A DNA stretch of 63,811 nucleotides, counting the filler, from Sluysia triapertura (Eukaryota), in NCBI GenBank assembly GCA_046118255.1. It is 5 parts of 5 records of this genome, joined end to end, with 100 filler letters (N's around TTAATTAATTAA, not from the genome) between each part and the next. Parts side by side here need not be neighbours in the genome. Positions count along the whole stretch, not along the records: positions 1 to 12,162 come from JBJNIA010133511.1; 4 more parts are not named here. One strand, given 5' to 3'. Of this stretch, positions 1 to 12,262 are shown in pieces. The notes below the pieces were generated by a model that worked only from the letters and a program-made list of their open reading frames with translations, was not told the origin of the DNA and did no database searches. Position 1 is the first letter of the stretch, and the number at the start of each line of letters is the position of its first letter. Made by a program: the position numbers and the translations under genes.

Positions 1-1189
1 AGAAAAAGTGTCGACATATAACAGTGATACGATTTTATGATGATTTTATGACTTTTTTTGAGTTAAGATGTAGTAATGAAAGTATGGGATTTGATGTGAT
101 GTTGTGTGATGGTATAAGTTTTCATGTTTGTAATTGCTGTTATTAGTATAATATGATCGTAATAATCGGTTGAACTATTTAACCGCTACTGTAGCATCAA
201 TAAATCTAATAAAGGAACAGTATGCTCTTTATAAATAGTAAAATTTATTTTTTTGGTTAATATAAATCTTAAGTGATCGTATGAACGTACTGCCGAAGAG
301 GAGAATATATCTAGCAAGAAAGCATTTTTAATAACATTTATTTGATTTACCTTGAAGTAAAACTTCACACAATTATTGATATGAAGCATAAATTTGAAAA
401 TATTTTGAAAGTAACGAGTTGTTTAGTACTCTTATGTTCTTTTATGCACTATATCCGCCCTTTGTGTTCATCTATTAAGTGTTTGCAATAGAGATTTCCA
501 AATATATTCGTGTTATTCCTTTGATTTTCATTTTAAAGCTTTTAATATGCCTTAAGCACAGTTATAATGAATATAAAACATGACCTCAACAAAAGTGCCT
601 CATTTTGTTTATCATTTGCATGTTATTCTCGACCAAAATTGTGCCTTTTCAATTATTTGAATATATGTTCGCTTTTAATTACTAAAAAGCAGATAAATGT
701 AAAAACGAATATTATATTTACTGTGGTTAGCGTCATTCAAGTTGAACATTATCGAAACTTAGAAAGAAAGCATCTGGACACATGTTCGATTTTTCAAAGA
801 ATTTAGGTTATTTCCAATGAAGAAAAGATAAAACGTCAATTTAGTGCTTTTCAATTAAACCGGATAGATTATCTATTTAATGTATTTTAGTGACGAAGGT
901 CAGTTGGAGTTGCAAATTTTGTTTTTATCTACAAAGATTGTAATAATGGATTTATTTGAGAGTCAAAAAATATGTAATAATAAAAGTATTACTAATGCGT
1001 GATTAGCCAATTTTAATTTTAGTTGATCTTTACTTCATAAAAGACTTTGCTTTTGTTGACGCTCGCCCTTCCAATGTCATTTGTGCAATGTTACAGCAAA
1101 ATAATGTTAAAAGTAATTCCTAAGAATTTAATAAAGAAACGTTTCCAAAATAGAAAAATTTACAAAACGCTTCATAATCAAATTAATAA

Positions 1190-1375
1190 AATATAAAGTT
1201 TTATTTTCACGAGAATAGTGTTGCGTCTTTATAAATCATTAGTTACGATAAATCAATATCTATTTTATTAACTTAAATAGAATCTCAATAATTTAAGTAT
1301 ACATAATATCAAGTATAAATTACCAGTAATTTTCTTATGTTGGTAATAATACTTATTCAACCCAATGATTAAGCT
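1190..1375. repeat. Dispersed repeat, inverted homolog of ~58770-58960
   Basis: acgagaatagtgttgcgtctttataaatc vs revcomp acgagacaatactgttacgtcttaaatc; ttttcttatgttggtaataatacttattcaacccaa vs ttttcttatcttaataatgatatttattcaacccaa. Confidence 0.7.
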
Positions 1376-2099
1376 TTTAAACCAAATTAATAGCAACAAC
1401 TCAATAATTTAATGATTACAAAAATCAAATACAAATTGATATCATAAGTTTCCGCTCTAGCAATAATAAAAATGACTAAATCACAAAGTTAACATTAATG
1501 CTTATAATAATATTATAAATACAACAATCTATCCCAAGAAAACAGAGGTGACGCAAGACTAAGAAAAATATTAATTATTATTCACTATTATTTCTTAATA
1601 ATAATCAAATATAAATTTCAAAAAACAACACAAAAACAAAAACTATTTTAATAAAATTCCCACAAAAAAATAAAATTTTTAATTATAAAATAATTTCAGA
1701 AATTACTTATAGTATGAATCTTCTCATTTTCATTATTAATTGTTGTTGATATTGTTTTGTTGTTGTGGGATAACATTTTTTGGTATTCCTTTTTAAATTT
1801 TCTCATCATTCAATCATTCCCAAATTTTTTGATTAAACATTCTCTCACATAAATCGCTTCAACATTCTTTGAGAATTAATCCGACAATAATAACTGTGAC
1901 AGTTACGTGGTACAGACTGTCAAACATTATTAGATGCAAAACCGAAAAAGTTTATTTACGATTATCTGCTATTTTCCTTTACTGTACTCGATCTACTTTT
2001 ACTTAAATTAATTCTCACATTAATATAACAATCATTATTATTATTAACATAAATAAAAATAATGAATTTAAATATTTCACACTCAATTTTCTTATGGAA

Positions 2100-2780
2100 A
2101 ATGTTTAAGCTTCTTATTCTCAAACAAACCATTCGGCAAATATTTCAAACTCATTTATAGATTCTCTTTTTTAGTATCAATCTTCTCATATTCAATTCAT
2201 TATATTTGCATCTTTCTAAGTATTAAAAATTCAACATTCCATAATTAAGAATTAATTAAAATTTGACTTTGCTCACTATTAAGGCTTTTCTTGCTGAACT
2301 CAGTCAAAGCATACCTTCATCGAAAGGTCTTTTTGAAACAAATACATACACAATTTCAAGTTTAACATAGCATCCGCATTCAAAATTTATTCACAAAAGC
2401 GTATTTTTCCTTAATTAAGTCAATTAATATTTTAATTATTCTATTTTTAGACCTAATCTTATTTTCTGTTTAAATAAACTACTAAAGTTATTTAGTAGTT
2501 TATAAAGCATTCATGAAGCTCTGGATGTTTTCACCTTCACCTCTTTGATTCCTTTTCAATTTCATCATGTTAATTATTATCATATTAAACTTATCTTTAT
2601 TATTTTGAACAATGATTTTATTTCTCAAATAGTTTAAAGATTTTAAATACTCTATAAGGTTACTCGAAGATCCAAAATGCCTATCAAGTTTTCAAGATTA
2701 CCTAAAAGTTAATAAGATCATAGATGATCTCAAGATTAACAAGCTCAAATGCCTTCAAAGGTTTTTAAAGTCCTTTTCAA
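2100..2780. repeat. Dispersed repeat, inverted homolog of ~54600-55180
   Basis: Shared blocks such as tttaacatagcat(cc/tc)..cattcaaaa.ttattcaca and gaagctct(g/a)gatgttttcac. Confidence 0.75.
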
Positions 2781-4774
2781 GGTCTCGCACCTTATATAAG
2801 TCTTTGGAATCGCAAGGTATTCTTTAACATTATAGATAATTTCATTTTCTTTTTCCAACATTGTTTAGAATTTCAATTTATCACTTCTTAACAACTCATC
2901 CTTCATTTTGTGGCTCTACATGTCTCTTTCTCATCTCCTAATCCACACCTGGACAATTCCAACAATGGCGCAATGTCGATCGTAAGAAAAGAGCCTATGA
3001 TGTTGAAATGGAATAATACTAATATTACGTAATTAGTTATAATATTAGTATAAATGTTTTTTGTGAAATTGTGTTGTCTGTATTGTGTGATTTGTGTTGA
3101 ATTTAGTAAAATGATGTATAAAATAGGTTTAATGCAAAGATGGTAATAAAATTACTATAGGCGACAGTGACACCACAGGATTTATTGAAATAATGGCGGA
3201 AATCTTGTACTTTGATGAAAATATTTTTAAGTAATTAAAATAATGGAAAATGATATAGTGGATTATTTTTAATGGAAATATTTTTGGAAAAAAGGAATTA
3301 ATTTTAATGGAAAAAAGAATTTTAGATTTGAGATTGTAGTATAAATACGAAACACAACAAAAAAAAATTTACGAATTTAAAACAAGGTTAACTAGGAAAG
3401 AGACATTAATAAATTTAAACGATTAAACGGCATTTGGATATTTAACGACAAGAAAGTTTAAATGAATTTTTGGATTTAATTATCAGTATCATTCTCGTCA
3501 TTTAAATGTAATCAAAATCGTTTGTTAATATATTAAATTTGTAATTTTATTTATATAGGATTTTACTTTTTTTACCTTAAAATTTTAAACTTTTTGAAGC
3601 TAGCATACGCTAGTTTAACATTCATATTATTTATTAAAGACAAATTCTTAATGAAATAACTATATATTTGTGTATGTATTTTTTGTATTTTAAATTAGCT
3701 ACTTTGTAACTGCTCTTATTTTGATTTGTTATTACATTTGATTTCACATAATATTAAAGTTTTTAACTGTGCATCTTTATTTAATTTCCTTTAATATAGA
3801 AGTTACTAACATTAGTAGTTTAACCGAAGAAAATATAAACAACACACATAGTGAAAATATTAACTATAAAGATTAAAGAAAAATTTGTAGATATAAATTA
3901 AACTTTTTTAATTTGTTATTATTTAGTATAGATATAATTTTAATGCCTTCAGCGCAAATTAAACTATAAAGAAAATAAAACAATCTTTGTAAGGGAAAAT
4001 TGTTAAAGAGTTATACCTTTAACGTTAGAGATAAATTAATATTGATAATTATTACATAAATAAATAAGTCACACTGTAGAGGGCTTACTAGAATTTTATG
4101 TTAATTTATTATTCTTATTAGCTCTCTTACAAGGTCTGTTAGTATATCTCAATGCTATTTTTTACTACTAGTCTCTTTGTCACTAGATATTAGATCTATT
4201 TGTTTTATAATTTAAGTGTAATATCTGATTTACAATCAAAATCTGTTATTGTTAACTTATTCGTATTTTAGGTAATTTTGATTAGTTGAAATCAAAGATG
4301 GCTTAAGGCCTGGCAAAGAAACTAATGACAAATTGAATGTGCAAGTTAATTTAATGAATAAAAACGAATAACAAAACATGAATGAATTAAACGAAAATTT
4401 ATAAATCGTACTTTTAACAATATAAATAAATAACATATATTGATTTGGAATTTCAACCAAGTTTATCGTTAACAATACCGGTGATTATGGTAATGAGAAA
4501 GATGATAGCATGATGTACAACTCGTTGTTTCCCATTGCATTTCGAAATGTATGCACTTTTTCTAATACTCAACAAACCAGGATATCCAGAATTTTTATCT
4601 TAGGATTCCGTTGATCATCTGGAATCGTTTGAACACAAGTGATCATGGAAACCTGAATAACCTGATGCGCTTTTCTTTAATTACAGAAAGTTCTGTTTCA
4701 AATTCGGTCAACTCGTTTTCTTATTCTTAATCTTTAAACACAATTGTTTTCAGTGTTTATTATGTTTATTAATA

Positions 4775-5045
4775 CTGTATTGTTGGTGTTGATATGAAAT
4801 TTATTGTAAAATTTATTATAAAAGTTATTATTTGTTAATCATATTATATAACAATAATGACTATAATTATTATATATAGTTTAATACGATTTGAATTGTA
4901 ATAATAATAGGTGTAGCTCGTGATAATTATGTGCGATGATTATGTTTGTTTTTTGAATGAGTTTAGTAGTTTGTTTAATAATCTGTGTACATGTGAAATG
5001 TTTTTATGTGATGAAGTGTGACGAATTTTGTGTGATTTCCCTACA
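4775..5045 (-). repeat. Dispersed repeat (possible LTR 5' end, TGTAGGGAAATCAC on - strand); second copy ~27455-27664
   Basis: Both copies share ttatgtttgttttt(t)gaatgagt(t/c)tagtagtttg and end in gtgatttcc(c)taca. Confidence 0.65.
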
Positions 5046-5210
5046 ATTATCTTTATTTAGCATTGTACATTAAATAGGAACATAAATTTTATTTAATTAA
5101 TGTCATAATAATTCATAAAATTATTTAATTAATATCATAATAATTCATAAAATTTTATTTAAGTATATCTTTATTTTCTTCTATTTTATTTTTCATTCAT
5201 ATTTTAGATA

Positions 5211-5744
5211 ATGTACTACATCAAATGTTCAATTTGTCAAAAGTCAATTCACAAACATTATGTAAAGACATCTTCATGCATTCATAAATTCCATTTTAAA
5301 TGCATTATAAATCTTTTTCATTTTACTTTAACAAAGCATATGAATTGTCCATTATGTAGAACAATAGTAAAGGAAATGCAGGTATTTTATAAGGGAAAAT
5401 TCCGTCACTCATATGTGCTTGAAAATATTTCATTAAATAGTAATATAGAAAATATTCAAATACAAGAAATAGAAATTATTAAACCCAGCTATTATAAGCA
5501 ATTTAATAATAAACAGGAAATAAGCATACCTAAACTAAATTTTCCTCCTGGACGGACACGTTCGCAAAAACACAACCGTCGCAGGAGAAAATTAAGACGT
5601 TTCTATAAAAAGATAGGATCATATAAAAACATAATCTATTCCTCAAAAAGAAATGTACTTAATATCTCATTTTCATTTTCATTTTTTCTTTTTATGCTTC
5701 CTAAAATCCATAGGTTAATTAATAATCAAATAAATGTAATATAA
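5211..5744 (+). CDS. RING-finger (C3H2C3-like) protein with Arg/Lys-rich motif, repeat-associated, probably internally deleted
   Basis: CSIC...CIHKFHFKC...CPLC followed by TRSQKHNRRRRKLRRFYK; intronless; paralog at 29901-30487. Confidence 0.8.
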   Translation: MYYIKCSICQKSIHKHYVKTSSCIHKFHFKCIINLFHFTLTKHMNCPLCRTIVKEMQVFYKGKFRHSYVLENISLNSNIENIQIQEIEIIKPSYYKQFNNKQEISIPKLNFPPGRTRSQKHNRRRRKLRRFYKKIGSYKNIIYSSKRNVLNISFSFSFFLFMLPKIHRLINNQINVI

Positions 5745-5964
5745 CAAGCTAAACAAACTAACGATTAAAATATCTAACTTTGTATTTACTTTTCCTTACC
5801 AAACATGTTCTTTCATTCAGATTTCTTCAACCACTCTTCCACACGCATACATCACAAACAATATTCCTTCTTTTTACAATGGCATAGATCGTTTTTGTGG
5901 TAAAAATGATACCCCTTATACATTTTTAAAATCAAACCTAACACCAAACATTTTAAAAAGTGAA

Positions 5965-6680
5965 TTGGACCAAAATTTTATCACACACTTATTTCATATT
6001 CAACAGATACAATCTCGTTTAATTATAAATACCTTGCAGGGATACCCTAAAGATAGCGGTCATGTGTTTATTGCCGCGGCTAGGGGTTCTCTCAAAATAT
6101 CATTATTTGTAAACAAAGTTCCTCTACATTTACGAATACAAGGCTATTCGTCCTTAGTGATAACAAACTTAACATCAAATTGCGATGTAAACATTGAAGC
6201 GGAAGAACTGCCCACCACCTTCGCTGTTCTTTTTTTTGAACGTCGATAAACCTTTAGATATAACTAAACACCCTTTATTATACGCTGAAGACAAGGATAA
6301 TCTCTATAAGTGGGAAGAAAGAATAACATTTACCCATACCCCACATATATCCATGTTAGACAAAAACAAACTTGTCTTCGTAGCAGCACAACTGGCACTA
6401 AATTTTAAGGAGAATTACCAGCCAGTAAGAGTTTGTTTAATGCCGTATCACAAACTCTCCCATTCGGATGAATTACTAAGACCGCGTATAAGAATTAGGA
6501 ACTTTCTAGCGGCAAGCATGGATTAAGGGAGGATGATCTTATCAACGCAAAATACATAGTTGATATTCGCCAATATTGGCTTACATTATTATATGATAAA
6601 ATATTAGTCGCATTCTTCCCCGACAAAATTATTAATACATTTAAAATTCAATATGGCTCACATGCACAAATTTAGTATCG
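5965..6680 (+). pseudogene. Frameshifted ORF of unknown family downstream of the RING ORF
   Basis: Overlapping ORFs 5965-6249 and 6194-6526 join by a frameshift in a T run; GC higher than background. Confidence 0.45.
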
Positions 6681-7099
6681 CATGAGTCATTTAATCCAAT
6701 TTTAAGGTCGCGGAAGGTTTTGAAATTGTTGTCCCTTCCCACCGCGTGTTTCATGTTTACAGTATTTTTCAAGTTTAGACAGCGTGGTAATTTTCTTTGG
6801 AAATAGTTTTCAAGAACGCACCGAAACATGAATCAAATTTGTTTACTTGGAACTTTAATCTCTCTGAAAGTATAAACGTTAGCTTGTTATTTGTAAGTTT
6901 TTTTATCATTTTTAATAGATAGAAAAATCACCAGAATAATTCTTTTCTACCCCATTTTTAAGAGGAGGTAATTAATTAACTTAAGATTATTTATTAAATA
7001 TAATATATAAATAAAATATATATAGTTATTATATATTAAAATATTTGCTTATCATTTTTGTATAAAAATCACTTTTATAATAGATTTTATTTCTTATAA

Positions 7100-7933
7100 A
7101 ATTTTCATTTGCTGATTAGCATAAGGTCACCGATTTTAATCGGTTGTAAAATCAACTACTATATTCGTATCGATTATATTGTAAATGCATGCTTATGATT
7201 GGATGAAATTTTTTGTGCTTTGTGTGTTTCTAAGTTTGTGTTACTCCTGAAATCATATCACTGTCAGTAATTGACAGTTAATACAGTCATACAGTTTTAT
7301 TTAAATTAAAACTGTCAATTACTGGCAGTTACTAATATAGAATGTCTTGAATAATAGTAATGATAATAATGATGATTAAAATCATGATAATTATAATAAA
7401 CTCATTAAATAAAATGAAATAATAATAATAATAAATAATACTTAATAATAATATAATTAAAAATGGATTAATAATAATAATAGAATTATAAAATTATAAA
7501 ATGCATAAATCTTGGAAATTCTTTTTACACGATCTTAATTCTTTTTTTTAATTTCTTACATATAACTAAATAACTTACTCAAGTGAAGTTTTGTTGACCT
7601 AAAATGTTTAAAATGATTAAGAAGTGTGAATTTAAAGTTTTTCCAAGGTGTAAATAGTTTTTGTGAACGGATTGAGAACTTGAAATGTTTTAGGTTAATT
7701 TTAAAATATATGTTTGATAATTTAAGGTGTAAATTGTGATTCTAACGTTGTAGAATATTGAGGTAGAAATGTTTTAAATGAGATTTGAAATGTTCATTAA
7801 TGGTTTGAATGAATTTAAAATATTTTGAAATGTGAAAAAATATTCTGAAAAATTAAAATGTAAGATTTTCATAAATGTGATATTACAATTAACATTATTA
7901 TTTTGAATTTTAAGTCAGAAGTTGGCCACCACA
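7100..7933 (-). mobile_element. Family A repeat (putative LTR), copy 1
   Basis: Starts TGTGGTGGCCAAC at 7933; AAT tract ~7350-7500; 20-bp-stem hairpin 7260-7329; CCAAT at ~7196-7203. Confidence 0.65.
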
Positions 7934-8162
7934 GTTCGCACTCATGTACAATTAGCAGTAGTTTAAATATGAAAAAATAAGAAAGGTTTTTTAATACAAC
8001 AGAAGAGAAACTCAATAAATAGTCATGAAAGCAAGTAAGATTGCTGAAGTATTCGAATGCAGTTTCAGCTAAAATTGAAAGTTGGATAATTTAAGAAATG
8101 TTTATTTTTTGACCTTAAAATATTCGGTAAAGAAATTAATTAATTTTAAATCAGAATAACAA

Positions 8163-8257
8163 AATATCGATCCAGGTGAAAGTTTTGAAGGATTAAAAAC
8201 AATAACCGAATAACCGAATATCGATCCAGATGAAAGTTTTGAAGGATTAAAAACAAT
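8163..8257 (+). repeat. Tandem duplication of ~41 bp
   Basis: aatatcgatccag(g/a)tgaaagttttgaaggattaaaaacaat twice. Confidence 0.9.
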
Positions 8258-8569
8258 TTACTTAATTTTCAGATATTTTATAGAAGAAACGTTTTGAATT
8301 TTTTCATTTTTTAGATAATTCACATTAAATGCCTAATATGAGTTTTATTTGTTCAAAATATATCATTTTACTGTATAATTTGTGGCCTATCAACTGAACT
8401 TCAGAATACTAAATTATTAGCATTGTGGATATTTTTAATAGATTATCTAAAATAATAAATCGTTTAAATGTTAAAAAGATTGTACCTTTTTAAAAAAATT
8501 TTAGTCTTTATGTGATTTAAAGTATTGGAATTAAAAAATAAATAATCAACTGGATTGATATGATTAAAA

Positions 8570-9300
8570 TTAAAGATAGTTCATGCAAAGATTTTTACAG
8601 ATGATACTTCGAGTAAAATTGGCAGATTTTCAAATTAGCAAATTTACATAAGCAAATTAGTCGACAAAAACGGGAACCTCTCACGGTTTGTGTCAGATTT
8701 TAATCGTAGTTCATTGCCTCTAAAACTTTGTGCCAAAATACCTGTATTTGAAGTGCCATTTAAAGATAAAAAATCTGATAATTCTACTCTCCCAAAAGAA
8801 GTTAGTGTAAAGTCATTTTACAATTCAAATGATCGCATGACTTCTGAAAATAAAGCTACTTCTTGACTAGCAAGAGGTCAAGCGGCTATTATAAGGTATT
8901 TAAAGAAGAGATAGAAAAAAGAGGAGAAAAATGCATGGGAGAGAACTAAACCTATTGAATTGTTTATAACCTGCCAATATATGATGGACTAGTGATTTTA
9001 AGTTGATTGACAAATGTAGTGAATATTCAAATTCGACATATTACAACACGTGATTCTTCTCGTTTGCTAGCAACTTTTACGAAAGTTGAAGAATTTGAAT
9101 CTAGAGATATGAAATTTTTTAAAATAGAATCGTATATATTTAAAATAAGTAGTGTCAAAGACAATGATATACTTGTTTTAAACGTAAATGATAATAAACT
9201 TTTATATGAATTTGAAATATCAAAAGACAGACATCCTTACATTTCGGGTATGACCGAAAGTGGATTGAATTTCAATCAAATTTAGAACAGTTAGAATATC
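8570..9300 (+). pseudogene. Decayed ORF of unknown family
   Basis: Long frame with sparse stops (..SKLVDKNGNLSRFVSDFNRSSLPLKLCAKIPVFEVPF..), then ORF 9007-9285. Confidence 0.4.
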
Positions 9301-11859
9301 CTTTTGGATATTTTGGTTTTGATTATACTCGAAACTGCACTTTTGAAATTAAAGAAACAGTCGTAATAAAAATGATTTCTCATAGTTTGTCTTCTATACA
9401 TTATCTATTTGATAATGTAGTATCTATTCATTATTAATTAATGTTAAAATTATGCGACAGAGATACTTCATTACTTCTGTATAATTTTGAAATTTTTAAA
9501 GAAAGCAAACTTATCAACCAATTGAGCAAATTGACAATGCTCGGTGAAGCTATTCAGAAATTTTAATTTTCTTAAAAGTATTGGTAGATCTAATAATCAT
9601 TTATGTATTATAATAATTTCTAATGCTAATAACGATTTTGAAGTTCGTTAAATGTTAATAAATTTTAAAGCCTATTATGTACATCACCGATCTTTAAAAG
9701 AGATACTCTTACGTTTTCAAAATCGTACATTTTTATTATAAAAATTTTGTGATTTTGAACAATTAGACCGAAACGATTAATATTTTAATGTTTCGAGTTA
9801 TCCGGATATATTGGCTAGATTGATATAATTTGTGATCGCATATGTTTCCTTGGAACACTATTATAAGCATTTTATTTGTGTTTTGGGCCATGAATGTAGT
9901 AAAACTTATTCTTGATATTTTATTTTAATAGACAAAAAATGAAAATTATAAAGATGTATGATTAGTATTTAATTATATAATTAATAATGAAATTCAATTT
10001 CAACGTAAAGTTTTAAGATTCTTTTAATCAATAAAAAACTAACTTAAACATTAACAGCCCAACTTTCCTTCCCCATCTCTTCCTCTCCTGATTGTTCCAG
10101 TTCTTCGTCTTCTGTCCTTCAACCAACAAACAGCTCTCCAGCAGCACCAGATCCTCTTTCCAGCGACGATATCCAGATAGCTTATCCTGGCCAGTTCAAC
10201 AGGTACTACAACAGGTAGCAGTTATGGGTAGTACAAGTTACGTGATAGTTTATGCATGGTTGATTTGGAAGAGCTTCGTAGAACTGTAGTCAAATAAGGA
10301 TTTAAAGCAATCATACTGACGAAGACTGTCTTGCAGTGTGTTAATAAAATGATTAATAAAAGAGAATCTTAAATATTGACTCCATGTATAGTTTTATAAC
10401 ATTTATGTGCACAATGAAAACAGTATCGCTCAGATGGAGTATGCAGAAGAATAATACAGGATTGACGAGATATTGTGTATATATGTATATGTTAAGTCTC
10501 GTTAACAAATAGAGACTTATTTGTTTATGGGTACACATCTACTTTTATTTGCACTTGAATTTATTTTCATCATTATTAAAAGAAATATTTATAATAAAAT
10601 TAAGTTCTTGAACATAAAATAAAATTAACTTTTGGTAAAAAAAATTAATTTATTACATTTTTTTAAATTAGCATAAAGCGCAAAGTTATTATTGTTGGGT
10701 TGAACTATCCTAAAAAAATAAAAAACAAAACTACTCAAACATTTATAAGACTGAATAAAAACAGTAATAACAACTAGCAATCGATGTAACCTTCGAGCTT
10801 ATATAGTCTAAGTTGATGCGCACTGGGTAACTTTATGTTCTTACTTCGTTTAAGCATTGATCCTTTGTTTCATTAATGTTTTCGTCACGATGCATTCAAG
10901 ATCGATGTGAATTTGAAAACACTGTTCTACTAGCTCAGCTATCTTATATCTTTATCATTTTAAGAACTAATGGGAATTAGGTAATATTGCTCATTTATTT
11001 TCTTTATGTTTAGTGACAGAATATATAAAATTGTCTTGTCAATTGATCTAATTTACTAATTTTAACATAATTGGAAATAATGATAATCTGGTATCATAGC
11101 TCTTGCATTCCTCCACTAATTTCTATTTCGATGCTTTGACAAAGTTCGTATTCTTTATGATCATTTATTTATACTTTCATTAAGTAGCTCTGTATTTCAT
11201 TTCTCTGACATAGTTTATATCCTTCGTTCATTAGTTTATCATTTAATTCATCGTGGAGTAGCTCTTTTATTTCATTGCTTTGACTTAATTCATCATCTTT
11301 TCAGTACGCAGACATCTTGCATCTACTTAGGCCCTTCACTAAAATTTTGACCATCTTTCTTAAAACCAATTCTTATTAACACTTAAATTTTTAAGTTCTT
11401 TATTTTTTTCTATTGTTATTCTAAATTATTTTTAAGTCTAGTTTTTAATTGTTTTCCTAATTTTAATGTTATTGCCAATTTTTTGTGTACTCCTTTTTTT
11501 TATTTCAGTTATTTTTATTTATGAATCACACCGATTTTTAACTGCACACACAAATTGTCTACACCAATATCTTTCTAGCGAATATTTTTATCATTTTATT
11601 GGCTTTTATTTTTAAATGATAACCATCTGTTTACAAATTTATTTTCGTTTGCATCACATATATTGGCATTAAGGAGCCAATTCACATTTGATTGGGTTTC
11701 GAGATTAATTACTTAGTGATTAATTACTTCTTTGTCAGTCGTATTGGCTACTTAATTATGAGATAGATAATTATTACTATTATTATTTCATAAATACCAT
11801 ATAACAATATATATGTTGGGATTGCCCAACTGTAGATACATAGAATTATTAGATGAAAG

Positions 11860-12162
11860 AAAAAACGGATACAAAGTGATGGATTGAACATGGATTCCTT
11901 GTTCGCATGTTCCATCTATCATTACGTTTCCAGCGGTTCTTATATTATAAATTATCTTTTCATTATTTCCAATTCTTAATTTATCTCCCTTAGTTAAACT
12001 TATATAGCCTGTTTCGAATGCATCTCTACACTGTTTAGGCAATATCTTAAATGGTTTAGGTACATTAGATAATTCTATTATTGACGAATGGCTATGGTGA
12101 CCGCAATACCAAATTGCCACTGATCGTTTTACCATGCATTCTCTTATTAGAGTTGTTATTAA
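11860..12162 (-). pseudogene. env: N-terminal fragment of a chuvirus-type envelope glycoprotein (retroelement env), cut by the gap
   Basis: LIRECMVKRSVAIWYCGHHSHSS...KQCRDAFETG...AGNVMIDGTC matches the recalled C-x9-CGxxSH...C...GxC pattern of chuvirus-related glycoproteins. Confidence 0.7.
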
Positions 12163-12262
12163 NNNNNNNNNNNNNNNNNNNNNNNNNNNNNNNNNNNNNN
12201 NNNNNNTTAATTAATTAANNNNNNNNNNNNNNNNNNNNNNNNNNNNNNNNNNNNNNNNNNNN
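12163..12262. other. Assembly linker (N44-TTAATTAATTAA-N44), contig junction 1
   Basis: 100 bp of N with a central six-frame stop linker; identical at four sites. Confidence 0.98.

Noticed and set aside
186-4475. Short ORFs such as 186-389, 567-806 and 4257-4475
   Set aside because: AT-rich chance ORFs with no motif or splice support
8163-8257. CRISPR-like repeat-spacer
   Set aside because: Only two units, eukaryotic context; simple tandem duplication
12207-12218. TTAATTAATTAA palindrome recurring about every 13 kb
   Set aside because: Artificial six-frame-stop linker inside N runs
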